Shown: positions 21,337 to 31,453, counted from the first letter of the stretch. The stretch is DNA of 52,140 nt from Gammaproteobacteria bacterium (GCA_022600935.1 JAHZJL010000020.1:1-52140); one strand, 5' to 3'. The notes: generated by a model not told the origin, from the sequence alone. Numbers and translations are program-made.

Positions 21337-22455
21337 TTAATAAGAAACGCCAAGTTCTTTCAGTGTTTCCATCGTGATCTGGCCGGATGCCAAACCGTTT
21401 TTCTTTTGATATTCGACAAGGGCCGACATGGTTCTTTGCCCAATCCTGCCATCGATACCACCGGGATTGTAGCCTTCATAGTCCAGCGCCTGTTGAATAC
21501 GCCTGACCACATCCGTTGTGGTATTTGTTTCACACAAAATTGGTCGCCATTCCAGAATGCTGTCAGAAATTTTAGTACGTTGATCGATTGATTCATATTG
21601 AGCTGGGATTTCAACACGCTTTTCAACTGCGGGTTCCACAACTTTTTTGACTTTGATGGTTCTGTACTGAGCCGGAATCTCTGTTCGAATGACTTTTTCA
21701 GGTTCGACCAAAACCCGCTTTTTTATAATCCGATGTTCAGCGGGAATCTCCACTTTTTTAGTCGTTGCCGGTTCAATCAAAACCTGTTTTTCAACAGTTT
21801 TATATTCAGCCGGCACTTCAACCAGACACATGATTTCACCCGTTGCATGATCAACTTTCTGTATCGGCCCCTTACCCTTTTTCCAGGTTGAATAAGCAGG
21901 TTTGATTAATACTTTTTCTGTCACAGTATCATATTTTGCTGGGACCGAAATTATTTTTTCTGACGCTTCTTTGACAACAACCTTGATATTCTGCCATTCA
22001 TATCTGGCCGGGTGCACTTTGATTTTTTCACTTTCCTCCTTAATCAGTATCTGTTCTTCTACCCAACTGTATTTAGGTGGAGTAATTTGAACATTATAAG
22101 TTGCCGGCTTTTTCACCATACGCCTGGTTTCAGTTGAGTATTGAGGAGGTATCAACACCTGAGCATAACATTCACCTGGTTTGGCATTCAAAGGCAGTAC
22201 TTCGTCTCTGGAAACGACTTGAGCTGCTTTTACTGACTCATTAAGCTTCTGATTTTCTTCATTTAATCGTTGATTTTCTTGTTTCAGTTTTTTGACAAGC
22301 TTTTGAGATTGTTGTTGTTTTTCAACAATTGATGGATCTGGTTGTTGTTGAGGTGTGACTTCAGCTTTCAATGTTTCTTGTCTAGATGCAGTACTACATC
22401 CTCCTATCAAAAAAGCAGCAACGATAATTCCCACGGCTGAAAATTTATTATCCAT
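21337..22455 (-). CDS. Lipoprotein with coiled coil, PAxY repeats and C-terminal peptidoglycan-binding domain
   Basis: Lipobox LIGGC; IQQAL..GYNPGGIDGRIG..T..AL..YQ PG_binding_1 signature. Confidence 0.85.
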   Translation of the reverse strand: MDNKFSAVGIIVAAFLIGGCSTASRQETLKAEVTPQQQPDPSIVEKQQQSQKLVKKLKQENQRLNEENQKLNESVKAAQVVSRDEVLPLNAKPGECYAQVLIPPQYSTETRRMVKKPATYNVQITPPKYSWVEEQILIKEESEKIKVHPARYEWQNIKVVVKEASEKIISVPAKYDTVTEKVLIKPAYSTWKKGKGPIQKVDHATGEIMCLVEVPAEYKTVEKQVLIEPATTKKVEIPAEHRIIKKRVLVEPEKVIRTEIPAQYRTIKVKKVVEPAVEKRVEIPAQYESIDQRTKISDSILEWRPILCETNTTTDVVRRIQQALDYEGYNPGGIDGRIGQRTMSALVEYQKKNGLASGQITMETLKELGVSY

Positions 22456-22827
22456 AATTAATTCCTGTTATTTATGATTTTGTACCGGAAGTCAGGCATA
22501 CACTGTTACTCATAGTCTGATTATACAATTAACTCACTCAATGCTCTGCTATTTATTCATTGTGCTGACCTGCCAGAACATCCGGTCTTTTTCTATTCAT
22601 CGTTTAAAATAATTATGATGAATTGTTCGAAACTAAATACAGTTTCATATATATTTTTACTGATTTATAAATCAGGATCAAGAACCCTATTATTACTGTC
22701 GTACAAAACACATGGTTTTTTGCAAAAAAAATACACTGAACTCTATTGGAGTCAATATATTATTCATAACCAGATTATGTGTAAAAAAAGATAACCATTC
22801 GATTAGGTTTAATCGATTAATTGAAAA

Positions 22828-23559
22828 CTAAATATCACCCCAAAGATGCTGGACCAATGACAGAGCCGTGATCACAGCAGTTTCTGAGCGTAGAATTCGT
22901 GACCCTAGACTGACAGGACAATAGCCGCTATTGACTGACAGCTGGTATTCAGTGTCGGAAAACCCACCTTCAGGGCCGATCAATAACTCTATTTGCTGTT
23001 GATCAATCTCAAGATTATTGAGGTGTTGTGCTTGATCGGGATGAAAGATGAACCGATTTGGTGATCGGGTTTGTAGCAGCCAATCATTGAATTTGAGCGG
23101 TAATGCTATCTCTGGCAATTTGTTTCGCCCGCATTGCTCGCACGCATGTTGGGCTATTAACTGCCAATGTCTGAGTCTGCGTTGCGCCTGCTGTTCATCA
23201 AGTTTGATAACGCAATACTCGGTAAATAAAGGGACGATTGTTGATACGCCGAGCTCGACAGCTTTCTGGACTGCAAAATCCATACGCTCGCCTCTGGATA
23301 TGGCAAGCGCCAGCGTGATATTGAGTGGTGATTCGATATCAGTAGACCGAAACTCGCCAATTACTAATTTAACCGCCTTTTTCGGACCCAGAGCGGTTAA
23401 AACAGCATCGAATTCGCCACCTTCACCGTTGAACACGATCAGTGAATAGCCTTGTCTAAGACGTAACACTGTTAGAATATAATGGGCCGCATCACCAGTC
23501 ACATCAATGGTGTCACCCGTTGCCAGCTTGGATGGCAAATACAAGCGGGAAATTCTCAA
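22828..23559 (-). CDS. rsmE: 16S rRNA m3U1498 methyltransferase
   Basis: HY..VLRL, KAVELGV, ACEQCGR, IGPEGGFS and LGSRILRSETA motifs. Confidence 0.97.
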   Translation of the reverse strand: MRISRLYLPSKLATGDTIDVTGDAAHYILTVLRLRQGYSLIVFNGEGGEFDAVLTALGPKKAVKLVIGEFRSTDIESPLNITLALAISRGERMDFAVQKAVELGVSTIVPLFTEYCVIKLDEQQAQRRLRHWQLIAQHACEQCGRNKLPEIALPLKFNDWLLQTRSPNRFIFHPDQAQHLNNLEIDQQQIELLIGPEGGFSDTEYQLSVNSGYCPVSLGSRILRSETAVITALSLVQHLWGDI

Positions 23560-23587
23560 TAGATTTTCTCCCTTGAAGTGTTGTGGA

Positions 23588-24940
23588 TTATGCTGTTGCT
23601 AATTCAATGCCTTGCCATGCGACATCGACCATTTTCTGAATCTGCTCCTGATTGATAACATAAGGCGGCATGAAATAGACAACATTTCCCAACGGTCGCA
23701 GCAATACACCTTGGGTCAATGCATGTTGATAAACGCGCAGACCACGACGTTCCTGCCAGGGAAATGCTTCTTTGCTGTGTTTGTCTTTAACCATCTCAAT
23801 GGCCAGAATCATCCCGGTCTGACGTACGTCTGCCACATTCGGATGATCGCTAAAATGGCGGGTCGCTTCAGCCATGCATTCAGACAACTTGCGGTTATTC
23901 TCAATCACCGCTTGTTGCGAAAAGATTTCCAGGGTCGCAAGAGCTGCCCGGCAGCCCAAAGCATTACCGGTATAACTGTGTGAATGTAAGAACCCTTTCA
24001 GACTTTCATAACGATCATAAAATGCGTCGTAAATTGCAGAAGTCGTCAACACTGTTGATAGAGGCAGATAACCACCTGTCAGACCTTTTGATAAGCAAAT
24101 AAAATCCGGGCTAATGTGGGCTTGCTCGCACGCAAACAAAGTACCAGTTCGACCAAACCCGACTGCGACTTCATCGGCAATTAAATGAACGTCATACCGA
24201 TTGCAAGCCTCACGTAACATGCTCAGATAAATCGGATCATACATGCGCATATTTCCGGCGCATTGTACCAGAGGCTCGACAATCACAGCGCTGACTTCAT
24301 GAGCATGTTTCTGCAAGGTTTCGTCCATGTGTTGAAATCGCCGCCTGGAATACTCTGCCCAGGTTTCACCCGGTTCACGATTGTAACAATCAGGTCCGGG
24401 TACGGTAATAACATCCATTAACAACGGAGCGTACGTCTCTTTATACAAAGCGACATCCCCGACGGCCAAAGCCCCAAGCGTTTCACCATGATAGCTGTTT
24501 TGCAATGCGATAAACCTGGTTTTTTCGGGCTTGCCGAGATTGCGCCAGGCGTGAAAACTCATTTTCAGCGCAACCTCGACCGCTGATGAGCCATTGTCCG
24601 CATAAAAACATCGATCCAGACCATCTGGTGTGATGGCAACCAGTTGTTCTGCCAGTTCGATCGCTGCCTGGTGAGAAAACCCTGCCAGGATGACATGCTC
24701 CAGAGTCTCCATTTGCTGTTGCAAGGCAGCATTGATATGCGGATTACAATGACCAAATAGATTGACCCACCAGGAGCTGATAGCATCGATATAGCGATTC
24801 CCTTCAAAATCTTCCAGCCATACCCCCTGGCCTTTTTTGATAGGAATCATCGGCAGTGCTTCGTGGTCCTTCATTTGCGTACAAGGATGCCATAACACTC
24901 GCAAATCGCGTTGTGACCATTGATCGTTTAAACCAGTCAT
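23588..24940 (-). CDS. bioA: Adenosylmethionine-8-amino-7-oxononanoate aminotransferase
   Basis: WHPCTQM, SSWWVN, YHGET, DEVAVGFGRTG and SKGLTGG motifs. Confidence 0.97.
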   Translation of the reverse strand: MTGLNDQWSQRDLRVLWHPCTQMKDHEALPMIPIKKGQGVWLEDFEGNRYIDAISSWWVNLFGHCNPHINAALQQQMETLEHVILAGFSHQAAIELAEQLVAITPDGLDRCFYADNGSSAVEVALKMSFHAWRNLGKPEKTRFIALQNSYHGETLGALAVGDVALYKETYAPLLMDVITVPGPDCYNREPGETWAEYSRRRFQHMDETLQKHAHEVSAVIVEPLVQCAGNMRMYDPIYLSMLREACNRYDVHLIADEVAVGFGRTGTLFACEQAHISPDFICLSKGLTGGYLPLSTVLTTSAIYDAFYDRYESLKGFLHSHSYTGNALGCRAALATLEIFSQQAVIENNRKLSECMAEATRHFSDHPNVADVRQTGMILAIEMVKDKHSKEAFPWQERRGLRVYQHALTQGVLLRPLGNVVYFMPPYVINQEQIQKMVDVAWQGIELATA

Positions 24941-24958
24941 ATTGTCTTTAACCTGTTG

Positions 24959-25813
24959 TTATTCAGGAAAACTGAGTTGTTCCCAGATTGCCAGTGTGGG
25001 TCTAGCCTGATTCATAGTGTAAAAATGAACACCGGGAACACCGTTATCCAGCAGTCGTTGCACCATCCCGGTCAGAAATTCAGTGCTGAATGCTCGTATC
25101 GATGCACTGTCATCACCGTAACCTTCCATTCGCTTGCGAATCCAACGTGGGATCTCCGCACCACAGGCATCGGAAAAACGCGCCAGCTGAGAAAAATTGA
25201 TGATCGGCATAATTCCGGGAATTATCGGCACATCGATGTTCACCTTTTCACAGGATTCGATAAATGCAAAGTAAGCGTCGATATTGTAGAAGTACTGTGT
25301 AATCGCCCGGTCAGCACCTGCATCGACCTTAATTTTGAAATGCTCTAAATCCTTTTCGGGATTAGCCGCCTGGGGATGCATTTCCGGATAAGCTGCAATT
25401 TCAATCTGGAATTCATCGCCGCATTGCTTGCGAATAAATTCAACCAGATCGCTGGCATAGTTAAAATCACCACGTACGTGCATACCGGACGGCATATCGC
25501 CACGTAAAGCAACAATACGTTTTATGTTGTTCTGCCTGAATTGCTGGAGTATTTCGTCAATACTTGCATACGTCGCTGCAACACAGGATAAATGATGTGC
25601 AACTTCGATTCCGGTATTTTGTTGAATTGATTTTACCGTGTTCAGCGTGTTTTCACGGGTTGATCCTCCAGCACCATAGGTTACCGAGAAAAAGTCTGGT
25701 TTTACTTCAGCAAGCTGGTTCCAGACTGTTTCCAACTTTACCAGACCTTGATCGGTTCTGGGTGGAAAAAATTCAAAGCTGTAAGATTTGGGAAATTTTT
25801 GCTGAGACTGCAT
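24959..25813 (-). CDS. metF: Methylenetetrahydrofolate reductase
   Basis: SFEFFPP, SVTYGAGG, ALRGD, AYPE and ITQYFY motifs. Confidence 0.97.
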   Translation of the reverse strand: MQSQQKFPKSYSFEFFPPRTDQGLVKLETVWNQLAEVKPDFFSVTYGAGGSTRENTLNTVKSIQQNTGIEVAHHLSCVAATYASIDEILQQFRQNNIKRIVALRGDMPSGMHVRGDFNYASDLVEFIRKQCGDEFQIEIAAYPEMHPQAANPEKDLEHFKIKVDAGADRAITQYFYNIDAYFAFIESCEKVNIDVPIIPGIMPIINFSQLARFSDACGAEIPRWIRKRMEGYGDDSASIRAFSTEFLTGMVQRLLDNGVPGVHFYTMNQARPTLAIWEQLSFPE

Positions 25814-25851
25814 TGGTCAACCTCAAATTAGGTCTTGACAAATAAACACAG

Positions 25852-25885
25852 AAAAAGACAAGGGGCGTCTCCGCCCCCTGTCTTT
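25852..25885 (-). terminator. Rho-independent terminator after ahcY
   Basis: AAAGACAGGGGGCG-GAGA-CGCCCCTTGTCTTTTT on the minus strand. Confidence 0.85.
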
Positions 25886-25907
25886 AGTTATTAGCGATGC
25901 TGACCAA

Positions 25908-27323
25908 TCAGTATCGGTAATGTTCCGGTTTGAACGGACCGTTCTTGTCGAGGTTAAGATAGTGTGCCTGCTCATCGCTCAAGGTTGTTAAATTGGCACC
26001 AATTTTTTCCAGATGCAGACGCGCGACCTCTTCGTCGAGATGTTTGGGCAGCATATACACCATGTTTTCATAGCGGTCGCCATGCGCCCAAAGTTCAATC
26101 TGAGCCAGAGTCTGATTAGTGAACGAATTTGACATCACAAAGCTTGGATGTCCGGTTGCACAACCCAGATTGACCAGTCGCCCTTCAGCAAGAATAATGA
26201 TGCGTTTGCCATCTGGAAAAATGACATGATCGACCTGTGGTTTGATGTTCTCCCAGGTATATTGAGCCAGGCTGGCACAATCGATTTCATTATCAAAATG
26301 GCCGATATTACAGACAATTGACTGATCTTTCATGGCTTGCATGTGATCGTGCGATATGACATGGAAGTTACCGGTCGCAGTCACGAATATATCTGCCTGT
26401 GCACAAGCATCTTCCATGGTGACAACACGGTAACCTTCCATTGCCGCCTGTAACGCACAAATCGGATCAATTTCAGTGACCCATACAGTTGCACCCAACC
26501 CTCGTAAAGATTGAGCGCAGCCTTTACCGACATCACCGTAACCGAGAACCACGGCAATTTTTCCCGCAATCATCACATCAGTTGCGCGTTTGATACCGTC
26601 TACCAGAGACTCACGGCAGCCATATAAATTGTCGAATTTGGATTTGGTGACTGAATCGTTAACGTTAATCGCCGGGAATATCAATTCATTTGCGTCTGCC
26701 ATTTGATACAAACGGTGAACTCCAGTCGTGGTTTCTTCTGTGACACCTTTGATATTGGCGCGAATTGTTGAATACCAGCCAGGACTGGTTTTCAGCTTCG
26801 CCTTGATTGAATTAAACAGCGAAACTTCTTCTTCACTGCCTGGATTATCCAGAACCGATAAATCTGATTCTGCTTTAGTGCCCAGCTCGATTAACAGTGT
26901 TGCATCGCCACCATCATCAAGAATCATGTTGGCAGTTCCACCATCCGCCCAGGCAAAAATCTGGTGCGCATACTCCCAGTATTCGTCCAGTGTTTCGCCT
27001 TTGGTGGCGAATACCGGAATACCAGCAGCAGCAATTGCGGCAGCGGCATGATCCTGGGTTGAAAAGATGTTGCACGATGCCCAGCGAACTTCCGCACCAA
27101 GCGCAATCAGAGTTTCAATCAAAACCGCAGTCTGAATGGTCATATGCAGGGAACCGGCAATGCGGGCACCTTTCAATGGCTTATCCTGACCATATTTACT
27201 TCGCAATGCCATCAAACCGGGCATTTCGGTTTCGGCAATGGCAATTTCCTTGCGACCCCAGTCAGCAAGGCTCATGTCAGCGACTTTAAAATCTGTGAAG
27301 TTGTCTTCCACAACTGCATTCAT
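25908..27323 (-). CDS. ahcY: Adenosylhomocysteinase
   Basis: [33 protein letters not shown] and GHPSFVMS motifs. Confidence 0.98.
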   Translation of the reverse strand: MNAVVEDNFTDFKVADMSLADWGRKEIAIAETEMPGLMALRSKYGQDKPLKGARIAGSLHMTIQTAVLIETLIALGAEVRWASCNIFSTQDHAAAAIAAAGIPVFATKGETLDEYWEYAHQIFAWADGGTANMILDDGGDATLLIELGTKAESDLSVLDNPGSEEEVSLFNSIKAKLKTSPGWYSTIRANIKGVTEETTTGVHRLYQMADANELIFPAINVNDSVTKSKFDNLYGCRESLVDGIKRATDVMIAGKIAVVLGYGDVGKGCAQSLRGLGATVWVTEIDPICALQAAMEGYRVVTMEDACAQADIFVTATGNFHVISHDHMQAMKDQSIVCNIGHFDNEIDCASLAQYTWENIKPQVDHVIFPDGKRIIILAEGRLVNLGCATGHPSFVMSNSFTNQTLAQIELWAHGDRYENMVYMLPKHLDEEVARLHLEKIGANLTTLSDEQAHYLNLDKNGPFKPEHYRY

Positions 27324-27345
27324 AGTGTTTCTCCAAAAAAATGCA

Positions 27346-27470
27346 GAGCGTCGTTAAATTAACAAACTTAGCATCCAAGCCTAACAATCAGGGTTAATAC
27401 AATTGTGCAGGTAACAAACATTACACTGCTTGAGTCATCGTAAACCTGATTGCTGCAACGCTCCTTGGAT
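27346..27470 (-). promoter_or_regulatory. SAH riboswitch
   Basis: Minus strand reads ATCCAAG-GAGCGTTGC-AGCAATCAGG...CCTGATTGTT-AGG-CTTGGAT...AACGACGCTC: P1, P2 and the GAGCG/CGCTC pseudoknot, directly upstream of the ahcY RBS. Confidence 0.92.
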
Positions 27471-27500
27471 ACTCAGTACTAAAAATAGTACGATTTGTAT

Positions 27501-28655
27501 TTAAACAGAGGCCTTGATTGCGTCGACCTTGTTTGTGGCTTCCCATGGTAATGCAATATCGTCTCGACCGAAGTGCCCGTAGCTCGCTGTTTGACGATAA
27601 ATCGGTTGAATCAGGTTCAACATATTCAACAAACCATATGGACGCAGATCGAACAATTCTTTAACGATGGCCTCGATTCTGGCATCGTCGATCTTTCCTG
27701 TACCAAAGGTATCGATTGTCACAGAAGTTGGTTCTGCAACTCCAATCGCATAGGAAATCTGGATTTCGCAGCGCTCCGCCAGACCGGCGGCTACAATGTT
27801 TTTAGCGACATATCGACCTGCATAAGCTGCTGAGCGGTCGACCTTGGATGGATCTTTTCCAGAAAATGCTCCGCCACCATGACGCGCCATACCACCATAA
27901 GTATCCACGATAATTTTACGACCTGTGAGGCCACAGTCACCAACAGGTCCACCGATCACAAAATTACCCGTAGGGTTGATGTGATATTGTGTATTGCTGT
28001 GCAGCCATTCAGCAGGAAGAACCGGCTTGATGATCTCTTCCATCACGCCTTCGTGCAAATCAGTTTCACTGATATCCTCATCATGTTGAGTTGACAATAC
28101 AACGGCATCAATCCCTACCGGCTTATTGTCCTCATATTTGAATGTCACCTGGCTTTTAGCATCCGGGCGCAACCACTTCAACCCGCCTGCCTTGCGAACT
28201 TCAGCTTGTTTTAAAACCAGTCGATGAGCATAGGCAATTGGCGCCGGCATCAACACATCAGTTTCATTGGTCGCATAGCCGAACATCAAACCCTGGTCAC
28301 CTGCCCCCTGATCCTCTTTTCTGGCACGATCAACACCTTGAGCGATATCTGGCGACTGGCGCCCCAATGCGTTTAGAACTGCACAATTGTGGCCGTCAAA
28401 ACCCACATCCGAATTGTCATATCCGATTGAATTGACGACATCACGAACCAGCGATTCATACTCAATGTTGGCTGTTGTGGTAATTTCACCAGCAAGCACA
28501 ACCATACCAGTTTTAACCATGGTTTCACATGCCACACGAGCATGTGGGTCCTGCGCGATGATTGCATCCAGAATGGCATCAGATATCTGATCTGACATTT
28601 TGTCCGGGTGACCTTCGGATACTGATTCCGATGTGAAAATAAAATTCTTATTCAC
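27501..28655 (-). CDS. metK: S-adenosylmethionine synthetase
   Basis: [17 protein letters not shown] and GGGAFSGKD motifs. Confidence 0.98.
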   Translation of the reverse strand: MNKNFIFTSESVSEGHPDKMSDQISDAILDAIIAQDPHARVACETMVKTGMVVLAGEITTTANIEYESLVRDVVNSIGYDNSDVGFDGHNCAVLNALGRQSPDIAQGVDRARKEDQGAGDQGLMFGYATNETDVLMPAPIAYAHRLVLKQAEVRKAGGLKWLRPDAKSQVTFKYEDNKPVGIDAVVLSTQHDEDISETDLHEGVMEEIIKPVLPAEWLHSNTQYHINPTGNFVIGGPVGDCGLTGRKIIVDTYGGMARHGGGAFSGKDPSKVDRSAAYAGRYVAKNIVAAGLAERCEIQISYAIGVAEPTSVTIDTFGTGKIDDARIEAIVKELFDLRPYGLLNMLNLIQPIYRQTASYGHFGRDDIALPWEATNKVDAIKASV

Positions 28656-28735
28656 AATGATAATGCCTCTGTGTTTTTAATAGAGATTGCGTTAATCTGT
28701 TTTCGTTATTGGGAATGTATTAAACAAACGAGTAA

Positions 28736-28744
28736 TTATACCAT
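28736..28744 (-). promoter_or_regulatory. Extended -10 element, probable metK promoter
   Basis: TGGTATAAT on the minus strand about 80 nt upstream of the metK start. Confidence 0.55.
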
Positions 28745-28780
28745 AGCTGATTATTCTTATTAAAGGCTATACAAAATACT

Positions 28781-29180
28781 TGAGTGTGAACTGAGACTCA
28801 AACCAAACTGAGTCACGACAATCAGTTGAGCATGCTGTCGTTTTGGTAACAAGGACGTACCCGAAAGCATGTTTTCTTCTGATCGAACTGCGACAAATGG
28901 TGATTTGGCAAAACACCATTGCAGACTGTGACAGGTTTCTATTATCAACAGGACAATAACACCTGTTCAAACAACTCAGTTGCCGGAACACAATGAATTG
29001 CAATGATTTATTTCAATTCTGAGATTTAGGGCATGACATGATTTCGACTGTCAACCAGAGTGATTGGTCAAAAACATGATGTTGAGAAAAAGAGTCGTGC
29101 TGTTAAAGCAAGTGGAGCATTACTTGAACGGCGCCAACATTCAGTTGATGTTAACACCAACTGAAAGTCTATTATTTTTT
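28781..29180 (+). ncRNA. Putative large structured non-coding RNA or element, family not recognised
   Basis: About ten consecutive hairpins, ending in a strong stem followed by a T-rich run; no credible ORF. Strand inferred from G-U pairs and the T-run. Confidence 0.5.
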
Positions 29181-29224
29181 AGGTGGCTATACATTCTATC
29201 CGTGAATATCAAGCGAATAACGTC

Positions 29225-29686
29225 CTAATCCAGTAACGACTTGATCAACTGATCTTCAAGCTCAATCCTGGACGCAAGGCTTTCACCAAGTGACGACAGG
29301 TCTTTGGTCAATTCTTTCTCTCGGACTTCCTTGCGAAGGTCTTCGTATTTATCATTGAAGGCAATGGCATGATCTGTCAATTCAACCAGGCGTGGATACA
29401 CCAGTTTGGCGACATCCAACACATTCTGCCTGCGTTCGTTACCTTCAGCTATGCGCTGATAAATACCGATGTGAGCAATCGAGATATACTCGATCATAAC
29501 CTGACAGAAATTTTTGATCTCGGAATCTTTCGGCAGATCATCGTTTGCTTCATCTTTCAGAGCAAACTGACAATACATGGACCACATATGTTGCCGCTAT
29601 TTTAAAAGCGACTCAATCATCGATCTGGTTTTAGTCCGTCGCTGCGAAAAATCTTGTGCTTGTATTCCCATAGCCATCGATCCCAT
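29225..29686 (-). pseudogene. rsd: Rsd/AlgQ anti-sigma70 factor interrupted by an in-frame TAG at 29597-29599
   Basis: FCQ..IEYIS..H.GIY, FNDKY and LSSLGE.LA.RIELEDQLI motifs. The frame extends to a GAGG-preceded ATG at 29686 but reads LLK*RQHMW. Confidence 0.8.
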
Positions 29687-29801
29687 ACATTATCCTCAAT
29701 GTGAGTAACCAATCGCTTTGATCAGTTACGATCCAGTAGAATACCTACTTGGTTATTTAATGTAAATCAATCTATTCGACAAAATGTGGAGTGAAGACTG
29801 A

Positions 29802-30626
29802 ATGCCACAGAACATATCAGTGATTATACCAACCTATAATCGTGCAAAACTGTTAAGCCGGTCACTAAATTCCGTATTGCAACAAACATGCCCCCCCTCT
29901 GAAATAATTGTAGTCGACGATGGCTCAACTGACTATACAGAACAACTCATCAAGCATGACTACCCGCAAGTCATCTATCATCATCAACCACAGCTGGGGG
30001 TGAGCGCCGCCCGTAATCAAGGGATACAACTGGCCAGTCACTCCTGGCTGGCTTTTCTGGATTCAGACGATGAATGGTTACCGGACAAGCTCCAGAAACA
30101 GCAAGCCATGATTGGCGGAAATTCTAATGTAAAAATTTGTCATAGCGATGAAATCTGGGTACGCAACGGTATTCGAGTCAACCCACATTTAAAACATCAA
30201 AAAAAAGGTGGCTGGATTTTTCAGCATTGTCTGCCGCTGTGTGCAATCTCACCTTCTGCAGTGTTGATTCATCGATCTGTATTCGATACTGTCGGGATGT
30301 TTGATGAATCCTTACCAGCATGTGAAGATTATGATTTATGGCTGAGAATGACGTGTCAATATCCGGTCTGTTATATCGATCAACCACTGATCAAAAAATA
30401 TGGTGGGCATGACGATCAACTATCCAGACAATATTGGGGCATGGATCGGTTTCGCATTCAGTCAATCGTGAATATACTCGACCATCAACAATTATCGCTA
30501 CAGGACAGATTGGCCGCTCACCGGATTCTGCATAAAAAATTATTGATTTATATACAAGGTGCGCTAAAACGGAACAAATCCGAAGAAGCTATGAAATATC
30601 AACAAATTCAGCGGCGTTTTGAATGA
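29802..30626 (+). CDS. Glycosyltransferase family 2
   Basis: IIPTYNR, VDDGSTD, FLDSDD and EDYDLWLR motifs. Confidence 0.92.
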   Translation: MPQNISVIIPTYNRAKLLSRSLNSVLQQTCPPSEIIVVDDGSTDYTEQLIKHDYPQVIYHHQPQLGVSAARNQGIQLASHSWLAFLDSDDEWLPDKLQKQQAMIGGNSNVKICHSDEIWVRNGIRVNPHLKHQKKGGWIFQHCLPLCAISPSAVLIHRSVFDTVGMFDESLPACEDYDLWLRMTCQYPVCYIDQPLIKKYGGHDDQLSRQYWGMDRFRIQSIVNILDHQQLSLQDRLAAHRILHKKLLIYIQGALKRNKSEEAMKYQQIQRRFE

Positions 30627-31453
30627 ACAACTCTGAGCATCGGTTTTCGATTCATTTGATCGCTGCACTTGACTGTGAAGCCAAACCGCTGATATCAAAC
30701 TACCAGCTTAAACGCTGTATCGATGACAGCGCATTTGCTGTATTTCGAAATGATACGATGACCTTGACTGTATCCGGGGTTGGCAAACTGGCGGCAGCCA
30801 ATGCTGTCGGTTATACCCAGGGGCGTTATGGTTTTGGGCAATCCGGGGCCTGGTTGAACATAGGCATTGCAGGGCATCCGGATCTGGATATCGGGGAATG
30901 CAGAATTGCACATAAAGTCCTTGATTCAGAGACAAATACAAGCTGGTACCCCGCTCTGCTCCCTGGTCATATTAACACCTCTGAACTGGTCTGCGTGAGC
31001 CAGGCCGAAACAGAATATCTCGATGATTCAATGTATGACATGGAGTCTGCTGGATTTATTTCATCTGCTACTCGCTTCCAGACTCAGGAACTGGTTCACA
31101 GCCTGAAAATCATTTCAGACAATCATAACAACCCGGTATATCGTTTCGATAAAAAAACTGTCACCAGCCTCATAACAGATCGCATTGATACGATTGATTG
31201 CATAATCAACGAACTCGACAATCGTAGTCAATACATCAGAAACAATTCGCTGGAACTAGTCGAGACGTTTAATCAGACCTGGCATTTCTCAAGACATCAA
31301 TATACACAATTAAATCAACTCTTGAATAACTGGAGTTGCATGTCTCCAAACACGTTGCCAGAGCCAGAGAATCTGAAGCACCTGACACATTCCAAACAAG
31401 TCATTGCCTGGTTAAAAGAACAGGTCGCACAGGTGCCTGTACGATTTGATTAA
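30623..31453 (+). CDS. Nucleoside phosphorylase / nucleosidase-fold protein (PNP_UDP / MTAN / HpnG-like)
   Basis: AL..EA, SGVGK, NIGIAG, DMES and KIISD motifs; ATGA overlap with the GT2 gene. Confidence 0.75.
   Translation: MNNSEHRFSIHLIAALDCEAKPLISNYQLKRCIDDSAFAVFRNDTMTLTVSGVGKLAAANAVGYTQGRYGFGQSGAWLNIGIAGHPDLDIGECRIAHKVLDSETNTSWYPALLPGHINTSELVCVSQAETEYLDDSMYDMESAGFISSATRFQTQELVHSLKIISDNHNNPVYRFDKKTVTSLITDRIDTIDCIINELDNRSQYIRNNSLELVETFNQTWHFSRHQYTQLNQLLNNWSCMSPNTLPEPENLKHLTHSKQVIAWLKEQVAQVPVRFD

Noticed and set aside
22716-22729. TTTTTTGCAAAAAA palindrome upstream of the lipoprotein gene
   Set aside because: Low complexity in AT-rich DNA with no associated sigma54 promoter; it cannot be supported as an operator.
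28760-29003. Short ORFs of 62 and 78 aa
   Set aside because: No RBS or recognisable motifs; they overlap the hairpin array and are probably spurious.
28781-29180. CsrB/RsmZ-type sRNA or a metK SAM riboswitch
   Set aside because: Only about four GGA motifs in 390 nt, no SAM-I/II consensus, and a separate -10 lies between this block and metK.
29597-29599. Genome-wide amber recoding or pyrrolysine
   Set aside because: TAG ends several intact genes here (prmC, rsmE, the desaturase, rsd itself), prfA is intact, and no other internal TAG was seen.
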